Numbered from the stretch's first letter, positions 9,058-18,725 are shown. The stretch: 64,000 nucleotides of DNA from an uncultured Clostridia bacterium (GCA_944383915.1 CALWRJ010000010.1:139828-203827), one strand, 5' to 3'. Numbers and translations are program-made. The notes: generated from the sequence alone by a model not told the origin.

Positions 9058-9894
9058 TTATTTCTTTATATCGCTTTTTGTAGCCTTTTTAAAATCTTTT
9101 TTATTACTATTTTTTGGCTTTTTAATGTATTTACTGTCACGCAAATTTTCAAGGCTTTTACTTAGCGCATCCATTAAATTTGCTACCAAATTTTTACTTT
9201 CATCTTTCGGTGAAATAATTTCCTTCCCAGCAATCTTTTGCTCAATGGCGCGAGCAATTTTTTCTTGATATTCGTCTTTAAATTCGGCTGGTTTAAAAGT
9301 TTTTGTCATCTCAGTAACGATATTTTTTGCTAAATTTAATTCGCTCTTTTCAACATCAATTTTTGGTAAATTAATTGGGTTTTTTGCTATTTCATCATAA
9401 AAATAGAGAGTACTTGCAAGTATTATATCATTAAAAGCGCGGAGTGCGATAAGCGTTTCGCTATTCCCTAACACCGTTTTTGCAATGCCGACTTTATTAC
9501 TACTAGATAAAGTTTTTTGTAGCAAAATATACGCTTTTTCTGCTCCCACAGGCTCAACATAAAAAGAGCGCGCAAAAAATATAGGGTCTATTTCGTCTAA
9601 ATCTACAAATTGCGTAATTGAAATAGTTTTATCCTTTTTAGTTTTAAGTTTTTCCAACTCCTGCTCGGTAAAAATAACATACTTATCGTTATCGTACTCG
9701 TAACCTTTTACAATATTTTCAGGGTTTACTTCTGCCCCAGCGCATTTTTCACAAGTTTTTTTATATTTAATTCGGCTTTTAGTCTTTTTATCAAGCAAAT
9801 TAAATGAAATATCGTTTTCACGCACGCAACTGTACAGTTTTACAGGAATGTAAACAAGCCCAAAAGCAATCGCACTTTTATAAGAATACGCCAC
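9058..9894 (-). CDS. ku: Ku DNA end-binding protein (NHEJ)
   Basis: 278 aa. N-terminus MAYSYKSAIAFGLVYIPVKLYS.. and length are typical of bacterial Ku; Lys-rich C-tail. Confidence 0.85.
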   Translation of the reverse strand: MAYSYKSAIAFGLVYIPVKLYSCVRENDISFNLLDKKTKSRIKYKKTCEKCAGAEVNPENIVKGYEYDNDKYVIFTEQELEKLKTKKDKTISITQFVDLDEIDPIFFARSFYVEPVGAEKAYILLQKTLSSSNKVGIAKTVLGNSETLIALRAFNDIILASTLYFYDEIAKNPINLPKIDVEKSELNLAKNIVTEMTKTFKPAEFKDEYQEKIARAIEQKIAGKEIISPKDESKNLVANLMDALSKSLENLRDSKYIKKPKNSNKKDFKKATKSDIKK

Positions 9895-10076
9895 TTTCCT
9901 TTTTCCCCTTTTATTATTTAGATTAGGTTATATTTAAAAAAATATACTTAGGCAAAGTTTTTAAAAAATACATTTTTATATAAAATTTGATAAAATTCGT
10001 CTAGTTTGGATAAAACGCTTGCCTTTTTTAAAAAAATTTTGATATAATTAAAATATAAAATGAATGAGAGGATACA

Positions 10077-10277
10077 ATGGAAAAAAACAAAATTACTATT
10101 CGTGAAGCATTAATGATATGTAAGGACTGCCCTTACTGTTGCCAAGCCTGCAACCAAACTTTTTGCAGCGCTATCAAAAACAGATTAGCAACGCTAACCC
10201 CATACAAAACTAATTATCAAAAGTCGCGTCTTGGGCTAAAAGTTTGTCCACAAAAACTTTGGAGTTTGGAAAATTAA
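10077..10277 (+). CDS. small Cys-rich protein, unknown function
   Basis: 66 aa with CKDCPYCCQACNQTFC. RBS GAGAGGA 5 nt upstream; hairpin plus T-run right after the stop. Confidence 0.35.
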   Translation: MEKNKITIREALMICKDCPYCCQACNQTFCSAIKNRLATLTPYKTNYQKSRLGLKVCPQKLWSLEN

Positions 10278-10570
10278 GCAGGTTTTCTAACCCGCTTTTT
10301 TTAAAAGTGTTTATTAAATAAAATTAAGTTTAAATAAAGGAAAACTTTTTGTAATAAGATAATTTTTATTTTATAAAAAAATTTAAAAATTGTAGCAAAT
10401 AAATCTTATACAAAGTTTTATTACAGCGCAACACTAAACTAGAAACTAAAAGAAAGCCAAGCGGACCTTCCCGTTTGCCTTTCTTTTTATATTAAAAACT
10501 TCTTAAATTAGGCACTATATACCTAAAATTAATATACTAAATAGCTTTTTTTAGATATTATGTTGCTAAT

Positions 10571-11398
10571 TTACCAAAATTTTTGTATATCCCAATCAAC
10601 CATTTTTTCGCCGTTTTTGCCGTGAAAATCACTTCCACCGCTAATTAATAAATTATGTTTTTTGCAGAAAGTGTCCAAGTATTTTATTTGCTCGGCACTA
10701 TGTTTCGTGTGATAAACTTCGATACCGTCAAGCCCTTCTTTTAGGACAATATCAAGTAGTCTATCAACATCGACATTCGCCTTATATCCGTACGGATGCG
10801 CCAAGAAAATTTTACCACCGTTAGAATGAATAACCGACTTTACTTCGCTAATTGTAGCCCAGAGAAAGTCCATATTTAGATATAGGAGAAAATCATTATT
10901 TGTCGTGCTATTACGGTAAAAATCACTGCCATCGGCTATTTTTGTTCCTAATTTATCCAAATTTTCGGGGAAACGCGAAAAATTATTAAATACATTAATG
11001 TGCGCAAACTCCTGCTTTGGATTCCACGGAAAATCTTTTTCATACAAAATTTCATTTTTATCTAGCAATTCATATAATTTTTGGCGAATTTTACTTTGCC
11101 TGTCTGTAACAGTGCCAAATTTTTTATAAGCCCATTCCATAACTGGCACAACATCGAAATTATACGCCAAAAGGTCAAAAGTCACCCCATTATGCGTAAC
11201 ATCGATTTCAATTCCGCTGACAATTTCACCACTAAAATATTTGTCTACATTTATGTTTTTAATTAAAAAATGAGCAAGTGCGGAGTTGTGGTCAGTGATT
11301 GAAATAGTTTTAAGTCCCACATTTTCCGCAATGCTTAACAATTCCTCAACAGGATAAACACCGTCCGCCGAAATATTAGAATGCATATGTAAATCCAT
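10571..11398 (-). CDS. PHP-domain phosphoesterase (TrpH/YciV-like)
   Basis: MDLHMHSNISADG..ISITDHNS..GIEI..AHP..GGSDFHG metal-binding motifs. I chose the start at 11398 (RBS AAGGAGAAAAAT) rather than the track start at 11461. Confidence 0.75.
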   Translation of the reverse strand: MDLHMHSNISADGVYPVEELLSIAENVGLKTISITDHNSALAHFLIKNINVDKYFSGEIVSGIEIDVTHNGVTFDLLAYNFDVVPVMEWAYKKFGTVTDRQSKIRQKLYELLDKNEILYEKDFPWNPKQEFAHINVFNNFSRFPENLDKLGTKIADGSDFYRNSTTNNDFLLYLNMDFLWATISEVKSVIHSNGGKIFLAHPYGYKANVDVDRLLDIVLKEGLDGIEVYHTKHSAEQIKYLDTFCKKHNLLISGGSDFHGKNGEKMVDWDIQKFW

Positions 11399-11509
11399 AA
11401 ATTTTTCTCCTTTTTTATTAAATTTTACCAAAATTAACACTTTTAAGCAAGCAAAATGCAAAAATAAAACACCTGTCTACACAAATGCTTTATTTAGCCG
11501 AATATTAAA

Positions 11510-12295
11510 CTACAATTCAAAATTTACACAGTTATACAAATCAACGCGCTTTTTGTTGTAATTTTTGTCCATATCTTTTAGCGCTTTCTTTTGCTCTTTC
11601 GAAAGGTTATTATTTCTCAAAATCGAAAGCGTTTCCCAAAGGTACAAATAGCAAGTTTCACCGTCCAAATATTGATGATAATCAAGTCTTTTAGAAAGAG
11701 TTACTGCTCTTTTTGCGCTTTCATCAATATTTTTATGCAAATTATTAGGTGTTTGCATCGTGTACGCGCAAAATTGACTTTTTTCGGTATCATGTGAAGA
11801 CATCTCAATAATAGCGTTATTTAAATACATATCGCGGTTCATTACCGTATTTAAAATTTCCGACAAATTCCCTTTTAAGCCCTTTGGTAATGAATTTTGA
11901 CGCGCTTTATCAATATAATGTCCAATTAAAATTCTATGCGTATTTTGTCTAGCAATGTAGCGATTTAATTCTCTAACACCGTTTAGATAATCAGTTAGGC
12001 AAACATCGCGCTCAATACATAGTTGCAAATAATATGCTATTTTTTCATCTTTGCTTAAAGTAGAATAAAATTCTAGTTCAATAGCATCGGCAAAATTTAT
12101 TTCACCTAATTCTAATAATTTGTTTACCACATCATTTCTAAATTTATATTTATTTTTCTTTAAATAGGCGTGCATTTTATTGAGCCTGTATTCAAAAACT
12201 TGTTTGTTCTGCTCTAAAATCCTATCACGAACATTTGATGTTAACGACTCCCAATTACTTGGACAAATTACTTCATTTATAAAAAACTCTTCCAT
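11510..12295 (-). CDS. hypothetical protein (predicted all-helical)
   Basis: 261-aa ORF with AAGGAG RBS and its own strong promoter. I recognise no motif. Confidence 0.5.
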   Translation of the reverse strand: MEEFFINEVICPSNWESLTSNVRDRILEQNKQVFEYRLNKMHAYLKKNKYKFRNDVVNKLLELGEINFADAIELEFYSTLSKDEKIAYYLQLCIERDVCLTDYLNGVRELNRYIARQNTHRILIGHYIDKARQNSLPKGLKGNLSEILNTVMNRDMYLNNAIIEMSSHDTEKSQFCAYTMQTPNNLHKNIDESAKRAVTLSKRLDYHQYLDGETCYLYLWETLSILRNNNLSKEQKKALKDMDKNYNKKRVDLYNCVNFEL

Positions 12296-12323
12296 ATTTT
12301 CTCCTTAAAATTTTTGCTATAAT

Positions 12324-12352
12324 ATTATAATTCAAAAGAGCGAAAATTTCAA
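12324..12352 (-). promoter_or_regulatory. sigma-A-type promoter of the 261-aa gene
   Basis: Minus strand reads TTGAAA-17 nt-TATAAT. Two GTACTATGCA boxes lie 35-65 nt further upstream. Confidence 0.65.
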
Positions 12353-12609
12353 GATGCTTTTTTAATATTTATTTAAAACCTTATTGCATAGTACTTAAAG
12401 CTAGTGCATAGTACTATATTTTTTGCTAAAAATGCAAATTTTTTTGCTTTTTTGCTATTATTGATTAATTTTTATTATTTTTTTAAAAGAAAAATCTACA
12501 CAATCTCCTAATTTTAGACAAAATAACGCACGATAATTTTTGAAAATTTACAGATAATATACTCGTAACAAAAGTATTTTGCTACAAAAAATTTTAAGGA
12601 GAAAGAACT

Positions 12610-12777
12610 ATGGAAAATGTTATCAAAACTGGTGAAACAGTTAGCGAAGGCGGTGTATACTACTGCACAAACTGCGGACAACAAATCGAATTGAAGGCTG
12701 GCGACACCGTCCCACCTTGTCCTAAATGCACAAACAATGGTTTTACAAAAACAGACCAGCACGAAAACAGATTCTAA
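12610..12777 (+). CDS. zinc-ribbon protein (55 aa)
   Basis: Own translation: MENVIKTGETVSEGGVYYCTNCGQQIELKAGDTVPPCPKCTNNGFTKTDQHENRF. CxxC..CxxC, RBS AAGGAGAAAG, terminator follows. Below the ORF-track size cut-off. Confidence 0.6.
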   Translation: MENVIKTGETVSEGGVYYCTNCGQQIELKAGDTVPPCPKCTNNGFTKTDQHENRF

Positions 12778-12788
12778 ATAAACAACTT

Positions 12789-12817
12789 GGAATGAGCGCA
12801 AAACTCATTCCTTTTTT
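12789..12817 (+). terminator. Rho-independent terminator of the zinc-ribbon gene
   Basis: GGAATGAG-CGCAAAA-CTCATTCC followed by TTTTTT. Confidence 0.75.
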
Positions 12818-12921
12818 ATAAGCATATCTTTAATATTAAAACAAAAAAATATTAAAAAATCAACAAAAATAAGGTACTATGCACCACTTTTAAAATAAAA
12901 AAGTGGCTTAAATTAGCCACG

Positions 12922-13614
12922 CTATGTTATATTATTAAACCAAGGAATTAGCACGGAATCGGTGAAACTTGACATCCATCCAAAAATTGTGCGAGTAATC
13001 GGGTTGCCTGCGAGTAAATTATTCACCCATTCGCCAAAGGCTGGAATAGCAGGACTTAACAAATATACAAAGACGCAAACGATTCCCACCATCAAAAAGC
13101 CTTTTGCGAGTCCAAGCACAAGTCCAAGCACGCGGTCGACACTGCCGACAACTCGATTTCGTGTTAGAGCATCGAAAATGCGCTCTAAAATCGCAATAAC
13201 TATTCTAAACAAAATGTAAAGGATAATTACCGAAATCACTACGCCGATTATATCACCGATATGCGCTGAAAAATCGGTAATAAATGCAGGGTCGGCAGAG
13301 CCTTGCGCGTAATTTTGCCAATAATTCTGCCCCATTAAAATTTCTGCAAATTTATTTAAAAAGAAGTTTGGAATTGAGCCACCGTCCGTACCGACAGCGC
13401 TTGAAATGGACGGTTCGAGCGAATGCCCAATCGCGCTAGACATTCCAAACCAATTTTCAAGTAGAGTCGAGAACGGTTTTGCAAGCAAAATCGAAACAAT
13501 CAAAGTTACAAGTGTGCCAAAAAGTTTTAAAAGACTTTTCAAAAAACCACGAGCAAGGCCAAAAAACGCGACAATCAAAACAATAATTACAACAATTACA
13601 TCAAGCCAAGCCAT
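12922..13614 (-). CDS. cvpA: CvpA-family membrane protein
   Basis: 230 aa. MAWLDVIVVIIVLIVAFFGLARGFLKSLLKLFG.. and four TM segments are typical of the colicin V production protein family. Confidence 0.6.
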   Translation of the reverse strand: MAWLDVIVVIIVLIVAFFGLARGFLKSLLKLFGTLVTLIVSILLAKPFSTLLENWFGMSSAIGHSLEPSISSAVGTDGGSIPNFFLNKFAEILMGQNYWQNYAQGSADPAFITDFSAHIGDIIGVVISVIILYILFRIVIAILERIFDALTRNRVVGSVDRVLGLVLGLAKGFLMVGIVCVFVYLLSPAIPAFGEWVNNLLAGNPITRTIFGWMSSFTDSVLIPWFNNIT

Positions 13615-13631
13615 TTTTGCACCCCCTTTTC

Positions 13632-14015
13632 TTAAAGTACACTGCTAAATCCTATATAAATTATTACAATACTCAAAATCGCCAAACATATCCCTGCGAT
13701 AAAAGGCACAAGTTTATTTCGGCGCATACGCTTTAAAACGCGTTCCTCGTGCTTTGAATACCTAAAATTTTCAACATCGAAGTTCACATTATTTTCATCA
13801 GCATAAAGGTATGCATCGCAATAACGCTGTTCGTCAATACTAGAAACTAACTTTTTATAGGCAACATAACAGCGAAATGAATAAAGCACGCTAAAACACA
13901 GCAAGAAAAAGCCTAAAAAAATTCCGCAACCCGACCAAACAGCAATCAAGCACGCCGAAAGTATTGCAAGCACAACACACACGAGCATCGCAATTACATA
14001 ATAATTAATTTTCAT
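13632..14015 (-). CDS. membrane protein, unknown function
   Basis: 127 aa, three hydrophobic segments, tightly packed with its neighbours. Confidence 0.45.
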   Translation of the reverse strand: MKINYYVIAMLVCVVLAILSACLIAVWSGCGIFLGFFLLCFSVLYSFRCYVAYKKLVSSIDEQRYCDAYLYADENNVNFDVENFRYSKHEERVLKRMRRNKLVPFIAGICLAILSIVIIYIGFSSVL

Positions 14016-14023
14016 ATTTATCC

Positions 14024-14329
14024 TTATAAAACAGCACCTGTGATAACCGCAGCAATAATTAGTACCGTGCCGATAACTTGTAGTACCATAAACCAGACAT
14101 TGCGCTTCGATTTCGCGTAGTAAAAACCTGCAATAATAGTGATAAAGTACGCAAGCACATTAGCAATAAATGTAAAGGCTGATACAACATCATTGATTTG
14201 GAAACCTGGTATACCCTTCGTTTCACCAAAGAGCGAAATAATTAACGAGATTACGAGCGCAACCGCGATACACATCGTTGCCACGAACCCCATAAAATTT
14301 AGCGCTCTTTTAAATTCTAAATTTGCCAT
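14024..14329 (-). CDS. small membrane protein, unknown function
   Basis: 101 aa, three TM segments. Extended -10 (TGATATAAT on the minus strand at 14367-14375) lies upstream. Confidence 0.45.
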   Translation of the reverse strand: MANLEFKRALNFMGFVATMCIAVALVISLIISLFGETKGIPGFQINDVVSAFTFIANVLAYFITIIAGFYYAKSKRNVWFMVLQVIGTVLIIAAVITGAVL

Positions 14330-14404
14330 AGCACATCCTTTTATTTTAATAAAAATATTATATTAAATTATATCACATTTTGTCAAGCCTACACGGTAAA
14401 AAGG

Positions 14405-14640
14405 GGAAAAATAATTTGGTCGCTTACGCTCCAATTTTGAATTAGGAATATTACGCGTTACACGCGAATTAGCAATTAGCAATTAGCAGTTAAGGCTTAA
14501 CGCTACGCCGTTTTGCTGCGCTTAACGCAACTCCGTTGCGAATTAGCAATTAGCAATTAGCAATTAGCAGTTAAGGCTGGGTATAAAATTACAATTAAAT
14601 TATCTTCCTTAATTCCTAATTTCTAATTACTAATTAAATT
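14405..14640. repeat. mosaic intergenic repeat element (locus 1)
   Basis: AATTAGC x3-4 arrays at 14467-14488 and 14541-14570, each ending AGTTAAGGC. Then GGCTGGGTATAAAATTA..TTCCTTAATT and a CCTAATT/TCTAATT/ACTAATT array at 14611-14635 abutting the rluD stop. Confidence 0.85.
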
Positions 14641-14641
14641 A

Positions 14642-15556
14642 TTATTTTTCTTTTGCGTCTAGTATTTTTAGCACGCGTTCAAAATAATCTGGTAGTGGCG
14701 CGGTAAAGGACATTCGTTCTTTGCTCCTAGGGTGAGTAAACTCGATGTAGCACGAATGAAGTAATTGCCCATTTAGTGAATAGGCTTGTTTTTTGATACC
14801 ATACAATGTGTCCCCCACAATCGAATGTCCCAAATACTGCGCGTGCACGCGAATTTGATGTGTTCGCCCTGTCTTTAATTGAAACTCAGCAAGGGTGTAA
14901 TTTTTATAATTTTTCAAAATTTTATAATCGGTGATTGCAATTCTATCGTTCGGGTCATTTGAAACAGCCATTTTCTTACGGTCAGTTTTTGAGCGCGCGA
15001 TGTGTGTTTCGATATGCCCACCTTCGCGCAAAACTCCTTCTAACAGTGCAATATAACGGCGAATACAAGTTTTTTCGGCAATTTGTTTTGCTAAATCTCG
15101 ATGCGCGAAATCATTTTTTGCGACAAGCATAAGCCCCGAAGTGTCCATATCTAATCTATGCACAATGCCAGGTCGCAATTCGCCATTTATTCCTGATAAA
15201 TCGGTGAAATGATAAAGGAGAGCATTTACAAGCGTTCCGTCACTGTGCCCAGCGCCTATATGGACAGGTAAGCCCTGTTGCTTATTAATAACCGCCAAAT
15301 CCCCATCTTGATAAACAATATCAAGCGGGATATTTTGCGGAATTAAATTCACCGCCACGGGCTCTGGAATTTCGTAAGTTATGACATCGCCAACTCTTAA
15401 ATTATACCCCGCTTTTTTGCTCTCATCATTTACTTTTACTTTGTCTTTTTCAATCAAATTTTTTATCGCGCTTCGGCTCAAATCAGGCTCGCGCTCCGTC
15501 AAAAATATGTCAAGACGGACTCCGCTATTTTCTTGTGTAATTTCTACTTTTTCCAC
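14642..15556 (-). CDS. rluD: 23S rRNA pseudouridine synthase, RluA family (RluD-like)
   Basis: 304 aa. S4 domain N-terminus, catalytic HRLDMDTSGLML. GTG start with AAAGGAAAT RBS. lspA lies upstream, as in Bacillus. Confidence 0.9.
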   Translation of the reverse strand: MEKVEITQENSGVRLDIFLTEREPDLSRSAIKNLIEKDKVKVNDESKKAGYNLRVGDVITYEIPEPVAVNLIPQNIPLDIVYQDGDLAVINKQQGLPVHIGAGHSDGTLVNALLYHFTDLSGINGELRPGIVHRLDMDTSGLMLVAKNDFAHRDLAKQIAEKTCIRRYIALLEGVLREGGHIETHIARSKTDRKKMAVSNDPNDRIAITDYKILKNYKNYTLAEFQLKTGRTHQIRVHAQYLGHSIVGDTLYGIKKQAYSLNGQLLHSCYIEFTHPRSKERMSFTAPLPDYFERVLKILDAKEK

Positions 15557-15710
15557 TTCTATTTCCTTTAATTTTTTTGCGAAAAGTCGTGCATAGTACT
15601 TTATTTTTTGCGTTTTTTCGCATTTTTGTTAATTTTTGCCCTTTTTTAATAAAATTCAACTTTTTTGCTTTTTATTATCTAAAATAGTATTTTTTAATTT
15701 TTATGTTTTT

Positions 15711-16424
15711 TTAATCAATATTTTCTGCTTTTTTATTCTCTTTTTTATTGTTAAATTTTAGAGTTTTAGCGTCTAAATTTTTGGCTTTTTCGTCATTATA
15801 ATCTTTGCTAGTTGGCTTAGTATTCTGGTCTAAATTTTCGGCTTTTTCGCTTTCTTTTTCTATTTCATTTTTAGTGTTTTCGTCTGGCAAATTTTCTATC
15901 GTTTTTTTACTATTATTTAAATTTTTTTCAATATTATTTTCGCTTTTTTTAATTAAAATTGTGTCGCCTTCTTTTTCACCAAAACGGCAGAAAAATACCA
16001 AAAAGATAAGTATACAAATACAGCCAATCGTGAGCGCCATATCCGCAACATTAAATACAGGGAAAGACATAAAATCTAAATGAATAAAGTCGCGCACATA
16101 GCCAAAAACAATTCTATCAAATAGGTTGCCGATTAGCCCGCCGAGTACTAGCGTAAAGCCTATTCTATACCACGCGTTCGCCCCAAAGTCTTTTTTGTAT
16201 AAAAAGTCAAATAAAAGCATTCCGACTAAAAAGACAACCGAAATTAAGATAAAAAACCACTGAGCGCCCGCTAACACTCCCCAACTTGCACCAGTATTAT
16301 GCACCGTTACGACACTGAAAAATCCGTCAATAACGCCATAATTTTGTCCGTCAAGCAAGTGTTTTGTTAGCAAGTCAATAAAAATTACCCCTAACGATAA
16401 AAAATACCACCATTTAATTTGCAT
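15711..16424 (-). CDS. lspA: lipoprotein signal peptidase II with ~78-aa K/N/E-rich C-terminal extension
   Basis: Motifs NTGASWG, GGLIGNLFDR and FNVADMAL. The tail (aa ~160-237) consists of KAENLD-like repeats. Confidence 0.85.
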   Translation of the reverse strand: MQIKWWYFLSLGVIFIDLLTKHLLDGQNYGVIDGFFSVVTVHNTGASWGVLAGAQWFFILISVVFLVGMLLFDFLYKKDFGANAWYRIGFTLVLGGLIGNLFDRIVFGYVRDFIHLDFMSFPVFNVADMALTIGCICILIFLVFFCRFGEKEGDTILIKKSENNIEKNLNNSKKTIENLPDENTKNEIEKESEKAENLDQNTKPTSKDYNDEKAKNLDAKTLKFNNKKENKKAENID

Positions 16425-16425
16425 A

Positions 16426-16782
16426 TCATTTTCCTTTGTGTTTTAAATTTTCAACTGCCACATTTTTCGGCGCATAGAAATAAATTCCTTCGCCGATTCT
16501 TTCAAACTTCCCACCGAGCGCGCAAACAGCACCGCAGACGAAATCGAGCCCGCGCTCCGCAAACTCTGATCGTAAGTTGCAAAAATTAACGATTAGCGGA
16601 ACATTGCCACCCAGACTTTTTACAAAGCGCACGATGTCGTTAAAGTCGACAGGTTCTTGAATTGAAATTTTTTTGTCCGTAAAATTATAGTCAAGCGCTT
16701 TTTTCTCTTTGCGTGCGCGTGTATTAGGTTGTTTAGACTCAACAAGTCCAAGCCCTGCTGAAATATAGTCTAGAAAACTCAT
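16426..16782 (-). CDS. sepF: cell-division protein SepF
   Basis: MSFLDY..; C-terminal domain PLIVNF..L....AERGLDFVCGAVCALGGKFERIGEGIYFYAP. Start chosen at 16782 (GGAGGTG RBS). Confidence 0.75.
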   Translation of the reverse strand: MSFLDYISAGLGLVESKQPNTRARKEKKALDYNFTDKKISIQEPVDFNDIVRFVKSLGGNVPLIVNFCNLRSEFAERGLDFVCGAVCALGGKFERIGEGIYFYAPKNVAVENLKHKGK

Positions 16783-17000
16783 TTTCACCTCCACTGATAT
16801 TTTAGCACAAAAAACGCCTAAAACTTTGCAAAAATTATCGCAAATTTTTTTCTATTTTAGAAATTTGTGCCAAAAACCCGCGGAATTGACCATAAATAGT
16901 ATACAACATTATACATACTTTGGCAAATTGTTTGTTAAAATTCTTAAAATAGTGTATAATATTTATAGCATTTTTAATGCAAAAACTTTAGGGGGAAAAT

Positions 17001-18065
17001 ATGTCAAAGATTAAATTTGTACAATACGGATGCGGAAAAATGGCAAAATATACTATTCGCTACTGCATCGAACGCGGTATGGAGTGCGTAGGCGCTTTTG
17101 ATATCGATGAAAGTAAATTTGGGACTGACGCGGGCGAATATGCTGGCGTTGGCAAAATCGGTGTAAAAATTGAGTCTGCAAATCAAGATATGGTGGCAAG
17201 ACTCAAAGCAATCAAGCCTGACATCGCGATTGTTACCACGATGAGCCTAATTGCTGACTGTGCCGAACCACTTTTGGCGTGCGCAAATGCTGGTGTAAAT
17301 GCTATCACGACTTGCGAGGAAGCATTTTATCCACAAAATAGTAACCCTAACCTATTTAAGCAGATTGACGAAATCGCGAAAAAGACAGATTGCACAATCA
17401 CAGGTACAGGTTATCAAGATGTTTTCTGGGGAAATTTGATTACAACGATTGCTGGTGTTACTCACAAAATTACAAAAATTAAAGGTAGCAGTAGTTACAA
17501 TGTCGAAGATTATGGTATCGCCCTTGCGCGTGCTCACGGTGCTGGATTAAATCTACAAGACTTTGAGCGCGAAGTTGCTTCTGCTGACGAGATTTCACCA
17601 AGTGAAAGACAAAAAATTATCGAAAGTGGCGAATACAAGCCTAGTTATATGTGGAATGTAAACGGTTGGCTTGCAGACAAATTAGGCCTAACTGTTATTT
17701 CTCAAACTCAAAAATGCGTGCCAATGACTCACAACGGCGACCTTACAAGTAGCACTCTTAATATGACAATTCCTAGCGGAATGGCAACAGGTATGAGCGC
17801 AGTTGTTACGACAAAAACTAAGGAAGGAATCGAAATCGAAGCCGAGTGTATCGGTAAAGTTTACGGTCCCGAGGACTACGACAAAAACGAATGGACAATT
17901 ATTGGTGAACCAACTACCACGGTTACAATTAGTCGTCCAAACACTGTAGAACTCACTTGTGCAACAATCGTAAACCGTATTCCTGATGTTATTGCATCTG
18001 CTCCTGGCTATGTAACGACAGACAAATTCGGTGTTTGCAAATACTGCACAAAGCAAAAAGACTAA
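17001..18065 (+). CDS. DapB-N-like NAD(P)-binding oxidoreductase (amine-dehydrogenase-like family)
   Basis: 354 aa. N-terminal KFVQYGCGKMAKY Rossmann-type loop. Overall resemblance to the dihydrodipicolinate reductase-like / 2,4-diaminopentanoate dehydrogenase family, from memory only. Confidence 0.45.
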   Translation: MSKIKFVQYGCGKMAKYTIRYCIERGMECVGAFDIDESKFGTDAGEYAGVGKIGVKIESANQDMVARLKAIKPDIAIVTTMSLIADCAEPLLACANAGVNAITTCEEAFYPQNSNPNLFKQIDEIAKKTDCTITGTGYQDVFWGNLITTIAGVTHKITKIKGSSSYNVEDYGIALARAHGAGLNLQDFEREVASADEISPSERQKIIESGEYKPSYMWNVNGWLADKLGLTVISQTQKCVPMTHNGDLTSSTLNMTIPSGMATGMSAVVTTKTKEGIEIEAECIGKVYGPEDYDKNEWTIIGEPTTTVTISRPNTVELTCATIVNRIPDVIASAPGYVTTDKFGVCKYCTKQKD

Positions 18066-18263
18066 TACTTACACGCAAAATTTTGTAGCATTATGCTTAA
18101 ATTTTGTAAGATAGTGTTAAAAAATATAAAAGCATACTAGTGACTAGTATGTTTTTTGTTAATATTTAAATAATCACGGGCGAAAAATTAACAATCATTT
18201 TGTTGCCAAATTTTATTACTATTTACTATCCCACTAACTACATTAATACAAAAAAAGAACAGT

Positions 18264-18725
18264 TTATTCTTTAAACTGCTCTAATTTTACTCCCGCCTCT
18301 TTTAGCATTTGAATGCTAAATTCGTCTGTATATGGTGAACGGTAGACAACGCGAGTTATACCAGCATCAATTATCCAGCGCGCACATACTCCGCATGGTG
18401 TGTGAGAAATATAAATAGTTGCGCCGTGCATATCGCGTCCTTCTTTTAAGGCTTGCAAGACTGCGTTTTGTTCGGCACAAATTGAATAGCAAAGTTCTTG
18501 ATGCGTTCCGCTTTCAATATTATTCGCCTTTCGGTAGCAAACACCTTTTTCAATGCAACTTTTTAGCGGTTTAGGGACTTTGTTGTACCCCATTCCTAAG
18601 ATTTCCTCATCACGAGCGATAACTGCCCCTATTTTTCTATCGGGGCGCGCGCAATTTGTCCAAGTGCCGAGCATAACGGCTAAATCCATAAATCTTTTGT
18701 CCCAAATATTCATTTTTTGCTCCAT
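18264..18725 (-). CDS. dCMP/deoxycytidylate deaminase family protein
   Basis: WDKRFMDLA..NCARPDRKIGAVI..GYN, then CAEQNA and PCGVCARW zinc motifs. The second ATG (18713) has the better RBS. Confidence 0.8.
   Translation of the reverse strand: MEQKMNIWDKRFMDLAVMLGTWTNCARPDRKIGAVIARDEEILGMGYNKVPKPLKSCIEKGVCYRKANNIESGTHQELCYSICAEQNAVLQALKEGRDMHGATIYISHTPCGVCARWIIDAGITRVVYRSPYTDEFSIQMLKEAGVKLEQFKE

Noticed and set aside
12514-12801. 95-aa minus-strand ORF.
   Set aside because: It is antisense to a much better supported 55-aa zinc-ribbon gene (12610-12777, + strand) that has an RBS and a terminator. Its composition is odd and Cys/Phe-rich.
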